In this document: positions 41,701-53,700 of the stretch, one piece after another
How the letters are laid out: every line of letters begins with the position of its first letter
Position numbering within the stretch: position 1 is the stretch's first letter
Assembly: GCA_903856085.1 (NCBI GenBank)
Contig: CAIOAT010000013.1
Coordinates: 295,430 to 359,429 of the forward strand
Length of the DNA: 64,000 bases
Direction: 5' to 3'
Source: Candidatus Omnitrophota bacterium
GTDB lineage: Bacteria; Omnitrophota; Omnitrophia; Omnitrophales; Aquincolibacteriaceae
Program-made: the position numbers and the translations under genes
The notes under the pieces: model-generated
The model's database searches: none
Told to the model about the DNA's origin: nothing
The model's input: only the letters and a program-made list of their open reading frames with translations

Positions 41701-44700
41701 AAAACACAAGCTGAGGCTCCGCGAGCGGTCACGATCTTGCCGCCCTTGAAGTTTTCCGCGATCCTCGGTAATTCCACCGCCGGCTGATCGCTTTGTAATA
41801 GCGAATCCATTTGCGCCTGAGCTTCAGTCCAAAACGCGTTCGAGGGACTTTCTTTCAATAAGCCAACAACCTTCTTGGCGTTAGCACTGATTTTCTTGGC
41901 CCCAAGGGTCGTTTGGATCTCTTGGGTGTCCCTCATCTCAGAACGCTGCTCAGAGACAGAAAACTCTCCATCCCTAACTCCGCCCGCTTGTTGCGCCCAT
42001 ATCCTCTCGGTGTGAAAAGCCGCATCCTGCAAAGTAACATCGGACGGCAATAAGAAGACAGTCGCTCCAAACGCTCCTGTGAATTGAGGGTATTTTTCGC
42101 GCGGATCGATTTCCGCAACAAGCTCATAGACGCCTTTCTCACCAGCCTGCTGTAAAGGCTTAATAATCCCTTCCCCCGGGATCTCCTGATCATGCCACGG
42201 CGGAACCGAGGTCCCTTTGCCTCTCGGTCCAAAGTGGACGAAGAAACGAGCCCTCTGAAGAGCTTCGTGCTTCATCCGAACCAACAACTTCAGCTGAAAA
42301 CGTCCGGACGCCTGCGGCTCGATCCTTACGCCTTTTTCAGGAAATTCAATGGCTCCTGCCAATTCCGCTTTCGCAGCCCCCGGAAGCACCACGGTTTTCT
42401 TTTCTTTTTGAGAAGGAATTCCGACCGCGAAATAATGAAAGCCGTTCGCTTCCAACTCATAAGGATCGTAGAAATGACGTCCGTCCACAACATTGAAATG
42501 CTCTGTAACGGATTTTCCAGAGGCCTCGGTCATCCCTCCCTCAAAAAACAGTGTTCGCCAATCCGCGTATTCGGGCCATTCGGTCACCAAAATTTGGGCG
42601 TCACTACCGCGAATCGCCTCACGCGCATTTTCAGCTGCATTTGTTTTATGATCGAAAAATTCGACCCCTTTAAGGTCCATCGCCCTTTTTGAAAAATGGT
42701 TTCGCACACTCGAAGCTGTGGCAGGATGCGCGTCCGTGACCCGCACCTTGGCGCCCTGTGCTAGCAACGCTTCTATTAATTTCAGGGAGGGCGCATTTTC
42801 AATGGAAGAATTCGGCCCGGGCTTATAAGCAAGGCCCAGAAGTGTGACCGTTTTCCCGCTCAAATTGCCTCCGACCGCTTCGCGCGTCTTATCGACATAG
42901 AGTTTAACCGCTCGCTCATTGCTCTCAGCGAACGCGGTAACAAAAGGCACTCTTGTGTCTGTCCCGTTACTCCCGCTAAACCCATAATGGCGCTTTAGGA
43001 TCTCGATCTGTTCTCGATATTCCCGGAGTTTGTCCATAAGACCTTCGCTGTGACTCTCTGCGAATTTAGTAAATTTTTCAAGAGCGGCAAAAAGATCGAA
43101 TCCACCAAACCCGATCCCGGGCTTCAGGTAGAGGTCTCCCACGACAGGATCCGCGCCAAGGCCTTTGAGGATGTCGCGAATATCGCCTCCCGACCTTTCG
43201 GCCAGCTCCGCGAGCGAGATCATAAAAGCGATCCTTCCGGCGAGAAAAAATTCGATCGCTTTTTTCACGAATTCGTCCATTCCACGGGTCAGAGAAGTAC
43301 CGGTTTCCCCGACGAAAGGACTCGGCAGCGTTTCATGGCTGATACCAAAATATTGAAAACCAAAACCCGCAACCTCCGCGGGATCCCAGGCGTTGCGCCC
43401 GTCAAAAACAAGCGGCCTCTTCTCCCTGTCGGGGAACATCGTTTGAACCTTTTTAAAATTGAGCTGTCTGAACGCATCCCATTCAGTGACAAGCACGATC
43501 GCACTGGCCCCTTCCATCATGCTGTAAAGATCTTCCGGATTTTGAAAATACTGCACGGGCGCCGCAGTGCCGGTGCCCGGGGCCGGATTCAGATCCGCAA
43601 GGGTTTTTTGTAAAGAGGGGATCGCCACAGGATCATAAACCCGCACCTGAGCGCCCCATTCCACCAATTGACGGATGATCAAGATAGAACGCGCTTCCCG
43701 GTCGTCGCTGGTATTGGGTTTAAAAGCCGCGCCCAGCACAACGACGGTTTTGTCTTTCACCCCGTCGAGCTTTTGCTTGATCCCGTTCGCGAACATTTGC
43801 CACTGTGCTTCATTGACCGCAAAGGTATCCATCATGAGCCCGAAAGGCATACCGGCTTTCGCCAGCTGTCTCATGAAAGAAAGGGAATCTTTCGGAAAAC
43901 ACGACCCGCCCCATCCGATCCCGGCTGAGAGAAACATCGGTCGGATCCTGGGGTCCGCTCCGAGTTTTTCAGCGACCTTTTTGACATTGAATCCGAAAAG
44001 CGCAGCATACCAGCTCAGGTGATTGATGAATGAGATCTTCCAGGCCCGGTAACCATTGGCCGCATATTTGACGAGCATGGCGCTTTTGATCCCCATCTTG
44101 AAGATCGGGATGGGTTTCCCCGGGTATTGAGGATTGATATTTTTCGGATCGTAAAGCGCTGCCACCCGGTCGGCAATCGCCGGCTTCTCAGCGCCAACAG
44201 CCATGCGCCCGGAACCTCCGAGGGCATCCTCCACCTCCAACCCCTCGCGCAGGAATTCCGGGATCCAGGCAAATTCGATCTCGGCGCCTTGCGGAAGACC
44301 GACCTGGTGTATCCTGGCTTTCAGCCTGTCAATGGTCTCTGGCGGAGCCGTGCTCTTTCCGATAATGATCTTCTTCTCGCCGGGTTTCATCAGTCGGGCG
44401 ATATCAGCAACCGCATCTTCGAGGAAATGGGTGTCACTTTCCCCATTGGAAAGATAGGGCGTCGGCAGGGCCAGGTAGATGATCTCGCGGCCCTCGATCG
44501 CTCCAGCAAGATTCGTCGTGAATCGGAGACGTTTCGCCGCCAAGCCTGCTTGGAGGAATTCCTCAAGACCCGGCGCGTAATTGACCAGCTTTCCACCATT
44601 TAAGGATGCCACGCTCGCGGGCTTAATATCCACAGCGGTCACATCATGACCGAATCGGGCAGAAAGCATAGAAGCTTCCGTCGCACCCACAAACCCTGCG

Positions 44701-47700
44701 CCACCGATCACCGCGATCTTCTGAGCCTCGTGCTGTGGCCACGCCGCATTTAATGTTCCGGCGTCTGAGGTTCCTGTCCTCGCTTCAGATCGCATCCCCT
44801 GCGTCGCCCCCTCAGAAGAATTGACGCCCACCGGGACCATTTGAAGGACCTGAAAACGCCACCCCAGCTGAGCGATCCCCGCGGGATCTTTCCTCTTCAC
44901 CACTGAAATGCCGACTCTCCATCCTTCTTTTTGAATAGAAGATAATGTGTGTTTCTTTTCGTAATCGATTTGGAGCATATGATCCCGGGTCTGATACACC
45001 AGGCTGGACTCCAACCCGAGCAACGAAATGCTCCCGACCCCGAACCACACTTTTCCTTCCTCTTTATTATAAGGAACCTTCGAGAAATGGATGGGAACCA
45101 CAACATGACGCTTGTGCTCGAATCCGTCCTTTTCTTCCTTCAATACTCGCGCAAGAACCACGGCCGTATCCCGGCTCGAATCGAGAAAAAAGACCTCTCC
45201 TCTTTCGAAAAGATCTTTCGTCTCAGGACTCTGCATCATGTTTTTTAATGCCCCGTAAACTTCCGCATCCCACTCTTTCATGTCCTCAAGAAGTTCGGGC
45301 ACAAGCGTCGCGATAAAGGCCATCACGGGACGAACGCCCTCCACCCCGAAAATAGCGTGGGCTTTGTCCCTGCCGATACCGGAAACCGTCTGAAGAAGCA
45401 TTTTCAGGTCTTCGGGCTTAGTCCCCTGGATCATTCGCTTTAGCCAATAAGTCCTAGGCTTTTGCTGCCGCAACTGCTCTCCAGAATTTCCGGAAACAAG
45501 AGAGCGCAGATCGTCCAGGATCAGAGATCCTCGCTGTTCTCTTTTCTTTTCCGGCTTCATGACCCCCGCGGCCTGCAATTCAAGGATTTGAAAATCGGGA
45601 ACTCCGATCGGTAAAGCCCCCTCCATTAACACCGAAAGAGGATAAGGCTTCCTCTCCTCGCCCGCCCCGTAAACTTCCCCCGTGATCGTATTTACAATGT
45701 GATAAGTCATGGCAGCTTCTGGATCGAGCATGTCCGTGAGCCATTGAAACGCTTTGTTTCCGTAAAACTGTCCCCAGGCCTTCGATTCTCCTCCGTCGAT
45801 GGCAGGATATTTTTGCTCTCCCAGATTAAGTCCTATGATGTATTTCTTATCGCCGACCTGAACGCCAAACCCTACAAGCTTTTTGTTCAAGGAACCGAAC
45901 CTCTTTCCCTTGGATTCCAGCAGGAAATAGAGGTTCTGCCGGAAAAGCTCATCCCTAAAAAGCCTTTCGTATTCTTTGCTGCGCGACTGAATGTAACCCT
46001 GCAAGACGGTCTCGGAGAGTTGGACCACAAAACGATCAAAAAGCCGGAGCGCCGCCAGATGAATCCGGACTTTTTCTAAAAGATCGTTCGTTTTGTCAGC
46101 CTCCGCCTTGAGCCGCATCATTTCCTGATAAAAATCGGGAGCTTCCTTTTCGAATCCTTCGAAATAATAAAGGATCTTTGCGAAGATCTCGCCCCTCGCC
46201 GCGTGATACGCGATCGACTTGTAGCTCTCGACGCCATGCGTCCGTACTTGCCGGGCGCTTTCAACAAACGTCAGGACTCCGGGAGGAGCGATCTCCAGAG
46301 CATTCGAAGGCTCACTCCTCCAGACAAATCCTCCGTCATTCCCGGATTTTTTTGAAAGAAATCTCAAAGCGCTTTCGGCAGAAAGTCCCGGCTTTGCCAA
46401 CAGAGCTTTTTGTTTCTCGGATTTCTGAACGACCCTCTGCCAAAGCTTGATATGCGCCCTTGCCTGACTTTTTTCCATATCGACCAGAGGCGAGGACCGG
46501 AGCGCTTCCCACTGAAGATTCATTCTGTCGCCAGAGACCGCGTATGCCTTTTGAAGGGCGATAAGGTCCTCGATCATGGATTCCGCGAGTGGATAAGGGG
46601 CGTTGACGACCTTGATATTCCCGTTGTCGTCGAGAGTGCTTAAGATGAACTTGCCGTCGCCATCCTTGCTGTAAAACACCAGAAAACCATTCGTGATCTT
46701 CCACTTTTTTGATTTGAGATTCTCAACCACCTGTTCGTAAGTGATCTTATCTCTAAAAATATCCTTTTCGAGCCCAGTCTCATTATCCACGATGGTGAAA
46801 AGTTCCGGCTGCGCGCCTCCCCAGGCCCCCATCAAAATGGCCCCGTTCGGCAGACCTTTCATCATACTGGTCGCGGAAGCCTCAAGGATCATGTAGGTGA
46901 TCATGACGGTTCCGGAAACGCCCTGGAAAATAATGGGCGCGTCTTTAATATTGTAGTTCTCGATGGTCGCGAATTTATCTTCGAGTTTAAGTTCCCGGAT
47001 AAGACGCTGGATCTCCAAGAAGAGCCCGTGCGCCTCATCATCGAATTCCCGGCCGCCGATTATGGCGCGCGCCGCCGTCTTTTTATACTGTTCGAGTTTG
47101 GCAGGATCTGCCGCTAGCGACCGGAGAATCTCAAGCCATTTGTCCGGCCCCTTGTAAGAAACCTGTCTGCGCACATTCGAAACGATTGCTGTTAAAAGGA
47201 ATTGCTTCCTGAGCGCCTGGGCCTTGGGATCCTTAAAGATCTGTTGCCATTCACTCTCATCTTCCAACGCCTTTTGGATCCGGGCTTGAAGATCTGCCAC
47301 AACCTGAGGCCCATCCACTTCCGTGATACCGAATTCTTCCTGATACGACTTCATCGCCTGATCGAACCATTCGGGTTTGTTCTGGCTTGCCTTGAGCCAT
47401 AGCATCAGCCGCCCCGCAAGGTAGGACTTGATCATGTCCGTTCTTTCCTTGAATTCCCCCAGGAAAGCCTCATTCCCCGGATGGCCAATCTTGATGAAGA
47501 AATCCCGGTCATCCGATTCAGAAGACATCCCGAGTTTCGCTTTGTAAGTATTGATCAATTGACGCAAAAACGGCGCCTGCCATTGTTCGAGCAGTACCCC
47601 GTTGGTGCTCCGCAGCCCACCCTGGTTGAAGCTATCGATCACATCGACATACCCCGGCATCACGCCTCCGGACACCGCGGGCGTATGCTCGTACAACGCA

Positions 47701-50700
47701 ACACCGGTCACGAGATCGTAAGAAATTCCCACCGCATCCACGATGCTGATCGTTCCATTCCTGATAATGCGCGACCGCATCGCCTGGGGATACCCCAAGA
47801 GTTGAAATGAGGCTTCAGCCGGCCGGTAGATGGTCGGCGAATACACAGAATGATTCATGTGGTGATGAGGCGCATCCGGAAAAAGAGGCGTCGGGATACT
47901 GGCGAAGACCTCGTTATCCACAAAGAGAATTTTCTTTTTAGCGATGCCCTTTTCCTGGAGTTTTAGCGTAAGGAGTTCTTTGGTTTTCCCATAAACTGCC
48001 AGATGCAGATCACGCCAAAGATTGGGACCGCCATCACGAGTATCCGGATAAACTTCATCAAAGATTTGGACCTTTGTCCCATCATCGGCAATATAAAAAG
48101 CCTCGATATAAAAATTCGGCATCCCGCCGGAAAATGTGTTTGTCGGATAAACCTTAACTTTGATCTCGCGATCCACCGCTTCTCGGGCTTGCTGGAGCCG
48201 TTTCTTATACAGCGGGTCCCCTGCGCGTCCGATCCATTCCTCAGCTTTGGCGCGGTATTCATTGCCAGCATCGAGAAAAATACTAAAACTCAATCCAGGA
48301 TCTTCGGTCAAAACCTCGCGAAGATAATCCCCCAGCGTCTTCTTACCGCTCGTCACTTCCTCCGGAAGATCTTTGGCGAATTCCTGTCCCTTGATCCGGT
48401 CATAGATCACATTCACGGCAAAAGCGTCGATGTTCGCTTTCTTGGGCTGGCCAAAATTCTTTTGCCACGAAGGAAAAAGATCATGCATCAGAGCTCCTAA
48501 TCCCCCCGTCACGGTTGTTGCTGCGACCAAGCCCGCAATCGTTTTGCCATATTTTTCTTCAAGCTTCTTTAGGATTTCACGATCCAACCCCGCCTCGAGT
48601 TGCCCAGTAACAACGGTATAATCCTCTAGCTCGGGAGCATTTTTCTCGGCCCAGGAACGCAATTCGGCGCGCTTGGAATTTGCTTTTTGAGCCACGCGAA
48701 CCATGGCTTGCGCGATTTCAAGACCATTTCCCACAGCCCCGCCTTCGATCACAGGCAAAACATTCTCGGACACATATCCGGCAGATCCGAGAGCATAAAG
48801 AAGCAATTGACCGCTCTCCTCCGCAGCCTGAACTCCCCTCGAGATACTGCGCGGCATGTTGCTTATAAATGCCGCAAGTTCTGAAATCGTCGGAAGATAA
48901 TGAGGCATGAAAACCGCTGCGATCGCAGCAGGATCCGCCGCCCGAGCTTCGGAACGAAGGGCAGCAAGAGGAATGCCATTTAAATGGAACGCGTTAAAGC
49001 GGGCTGTTTCATATAATTTTTTAAACTCCGGAACCAACTCGTCCCAGTCGCGGACAGAATTCATCCCGCGTGCTCGCATATCATAAAAGGCTTGGGGATC
49101 GTTCATGTAGACCGCAACAGCTCGCTCAGTAGCCTCATCAAAAAGCTTCATGACTGCTTCAAAGGACGGGGTTTTCTCAAGATCTTTGATCTTGTTCAAT
49201 CCTGGAAAATAGAACTTGAAGCCTGTGGCCATCGCCGCGTCTTCCTTGGGGTCCAGGACCGTATTATCAAGCCCGCCCACCGCATGCACGATCGGGATTC
49301 CGCCATACCGGAGGGCCTGCATTTGGCCAAGTCCGCAGGGTTCAAATTTTGAGGGCATAAGAAAAAAATCTTCCGCGGCATGTGCCTTCCGAACGAGCGT
49401 TTCACTGAAGGCGGGCGTGAAATAGGCGCGCCCCGGGAATTGCGCCATTAAGGCCCTGAAACCCTCCGCGTAGTGATTTTCCTCCCCGATCACGGCGATT
49501 TGAGCATTCGGATGCCGATTCAAGAGCCGGCGTGCTTCTTCAAGGATCAGCTCCGGACCCTTTTGATCCGCAAGTCGCGTAGCCGCCACAAAAAGCATGG
49601 CGTTCGGGTTTTGCTGGAGGCCGACTTCTTTTTGAAACTCTAATTTATTCGCACGCTTGCCTTCGGCTACGTTTTCAGACGTGTATTTTTGATAGATTTT
49701 GTTATCCTTCGATGGATTCCAAACACCGCTATCCACTCCGTTCAAGATCCCCGTGAAATCATCTTTCCGTTCGAGAAAAACGCCTTGCAGACCCGTGTCG
49801 GGATCCGCAAGAAGTTCTTCGCGATATTTCGGGCTCACCGTCATGAATTTTTCCGAAAAAACAAGCCCGGCCTTCATCAGATTGAGCCCGCCATGGAATT
49901 CGAGATACTTCCACCCAAACGCCCATTCGGGCATCCCCATGGACATAAGAAGCTGTTTGCCGTAATTAAAAAGATCCGGACCATAACGCTGTTGATACGC
50001 CGCATCAGCATTATGGATCGTCATCGTGATCCCGGAGGTCTGGAATTCACTGGGGAAAGCGGCTCGGATAAAAGCCGCGACAAGTCCCGGATGCGCGTCG
50101 TGTAGATGAATGATGTCGGGTTTCTTGACAGCGAATTTTTTACGAAGGATCTCCACGGCGGCACGAGAAAAAACCGCGTATTCCCGGAGCCCGTCGAGAC
50201 TTCCGGAACTCCAGTAGCCTTTTTGAAAATAACCGTCTTTCTTGATGAAATAATACCGGACACTGTGCGCAACTGCGGTATAAACCTCAAAAGTTTCCTC
50301 GCGCCCTTCGATGGGGATCTTCACAGTAAACCCAGCATTTTCAACTTTGAAAGTTTTCTGGGTAAAAACCGAGGGGTGGCCCGGCATGATCACAAATTGA
50401 TGAGCCCCTAAATGTTTTAAAAGCGCCGGCGGTTTTTCCCGAACGACATCTTTCACTCCCCCTTTGCCAAAAAAATCCGCCGATTCCATCGCGATATGAA
50501 CCACATCGTGGACCGGCATAGTCATGGCTTCATCGTTTCGCACCTCACTCCGGACTTTTCGGCTCGTAGGGGGCGCAGAACGAAACGCCGCAGGCAATAT
50601 GTTTATATGAAGCTGCTGCCCTAAAAATAACGGGTTAAAGTTTCCGGCAAGTTCCGCCGCCACACTCAGCGCAGCCTTTTGAAAACTTTGGGGAGACACA

Positions 50701-53700
50701 GCCATAAGGGTAAATGAAGGTCCCGTAGCATTCCAAACAGGCAACCCCAAGACCGCAAACCCTGCTCCGCTGAAAGCAAGGATCGCTTCCTTTTCGAACT
50801 GAAGGTGGGAATATGAGCGATTAGCCCTCTTCTCGGAGCGAAATCCCCCGGAAAATGCGGGCTTTCTCACGCGAGAAGAAGTGAAGTGGGCCTGACCGAG
50901 AGAGTCCACGCCGGTGAGCCGGAGGGTGAACTCTAAATCTTCGCCTGTTGTCCCGCTCGGAATTTTCGATTTGAATTCAAAACCGACATCGCGCCACTTC
51001 AAATCAACAGAGGGCATAGAAGCGCCCCGGGAGGGGTCATAAAGGGTCGAGGAAACCTCAAATTGGGCCTGACTTCCTTGGCTTTCACTCTGACGCAGTT
51101 TTGTTTCGGCTAAACGGATCGTGATGCCCGGAAAAATTTCCGCCGTTTTCCCGGAGCTCAGCGTAACCAGATGTTCAATTTTGCTGAAATCGAATGGATC
51201 TTTGATTGACTCAACAAGCGTTCTGTTTTCAGCTGTCGGCTGACCTTCATCCCGTATTTCGGAACGAATAAATTTTGCGGTCGAACCCTGCGGCAATGTC
51301 ACAGTGGGAATTTCATCCAGCGGACGCGGTTGAATGCTGAGAGGAACCTGGATGTTTTCCTTAAACTCTGTTTGCAAGATCCTTTCCACCACCGGGATTG
51401 CGCGAAGGATTCCGTCCTGAATTTTGTCACGCCCAAGGCCATCATAAAACCAATCCAAAATGGGAGCCGGCGCTCTTTTTTGACCTTCCTTATAATGAGG
51501 GTCTGTTTCGTTTAAAATAGCAACAATCACTGCGTCTGATATCTGACCTGTGGTGTTTAATTTTGACTGGATAAGCGCCACGGCTTTGGCTTTATCAATC
51601 TTCAACCGGTCTCTCATATTCATAGCAGAGTAAAAAACATCCCCGGCAAACTCTCTTCCGAGGAGCTTCCAAAGAACCACTCGCTCAAAACCTGTCGCGT
51701 TGCTTAGAAGATACCGTTTGGGACTTTGCGGATCTCCCCATCTTCCGTTGTAATCACCCCAAAAAGCATTCACGAGCGCCTGCAGGGACTGTCCATACTT
51801 GAGCTCCTTGGGCGGCTGAGGAAGGCTTCCCATTTTTATATTTTGCATCCACTGAGGAGCGACATACATCTTATCGGGTGTCTGTTTCAACAAGCCTTCA
51901 GCCCGGATTTTCTCAATGGCCTGCACCGCCAACTTCCGCGTATCCGGCCAGGTCCTATTCAATTCGGCCAAAGCAACGGCCACTGCTTGGGCGGCTTTTG
52001 CCCTTATTTCTTCCATCCTTTTTATAGAAGCGGCATCCTCCGCCGCGCCGGCGAAACGGATCGGCTTCCCAACCATCCGGCTCGCATTCATATAAAATCT
52101 TTCGGCCGACAAGGCTCCGTCAAAACGAATTTCGACATAAGGCTCGCTGCCACCCCCATAGGACTCCACAGTCCCGATTCTTCCGGCCCGCTCCACGCGC
52201 ACTCCTGCCATTCCTTTAACGCCTTTGAGATTCAGGGGCACCTCTTCCCCTCCCCGCATCTCGGCACGGATTTCGCCAACAGCGCTTGGCTCCGACGTTG
52301 CAAAAGAAACCATCAAAATATCGCCACGCGTCAATTGAGTCCCGCTCTCGCCGAGCACTTGAATTTTCCTGATTTTAGAAGAATTAAATTTCCCAATCTC
52401 CCTGATGGCTTGCGGCATTGAAATATCTTCCTTGATAAGAAATTCGCCCGGAGCCAGCTCCTTGATCAAAGAACTTAGACCCGCGTTTCCTCCTTCTAAC
52501 TCACTGGCTATTGCATCCAACCGCCGCATTAGCCCCAATGTCAAAGCGCGATAGGGAGCCAGTATCTCAATGACCGAATTGACGGTTCCGATCACTTGCA
52601 ACAGATCCGCCGGGAAATAGGTCAAGGCTTGGGTTAACACACCCAGAACTTCGTGCTTGTCGTTGGGATTGAGCGAATAATTTGAATCAATTTCTGTGCG
52701 GATAGCCTTAAGCTCCGCAATCATTTCTCCCATGCGAGCTTCGGTGATTTGAGGAGCCTGCTTGCCCGCCCGCACCTCGGAGCGGACTGCTTTACCCGGG
52801 GATTTCTGTGACAGTGCCACCGATGGGATCTCGTCCATCGGGCGGGGTTTGAGCGTGATCCCGATCTCAAGCCCCTTTTGGACTTCCGCCTGGAGGATTC
52901 TTTCCACCACGGGGATGGCGCGAAGAACCGCTGATTGGACATCGAACCCGCCCTCATTCCATCTTGCAACGGCCACCGGAGCTTTGGAATTTCCGGGCCT
53001 TGCTTCTCCCCATATTTCCTCAATGGTTTTATCGGAGATACGCCCGTATTTCAATTTAGACCTTATCTGCCAAGCTGTTTTCCCTTTTTCATCCTTAAGC
53101 CTTTCCCGAAGATTGAACGCGGAAAAGAAAACATCTCCGGCCAGCTCATGCCCCAAGATCTTCCAAAGCACGAAACGCTCCACGCCTGTCGCATTGCTAA
53201 AAAGATACCGCTCTTTCGCCCTTCCGTTATAAGCTCCCCAAAAAGCCTCCACCAAGCCTTGCAGGTCTTGGGCATACTCGGCGTCCGTCATTTTACGATC
53301 TTCTTCCTCTTCGCCGAGATTCTTGGGAGGCATTGCCGAACTGCTTGCAATGGCGATTTTTTTCATCCAACGGGAATGAACATACATCCGGTCGGCGGAT
53401 TGGTTCACAAGACTTTCTTTTTTAATGAGCGCGATGGCTCCTTTTGCCAGACCCGTTGTTTTAGTCCAGGTCTTCGCCAATTCACTGGCAGCTTTTTGCG
53501 CTTCAGCTTCCGCAGCCTTTCGCGATCCCAGCTCTTCCACCTCCGAGGCAAAAAGAAGGGGTTTTCCCACCGAGGCGCTGCCTCGTAAATAAAACGGTTG
53601 GATATCACTCTCTCCGTCGAAAAGGATCTCCAAAAACGGTTCTTTTCCACCGCCATAACCCTTTACGGTTCCAACCTTTCCGCCCCGTGTCACGCGGACA

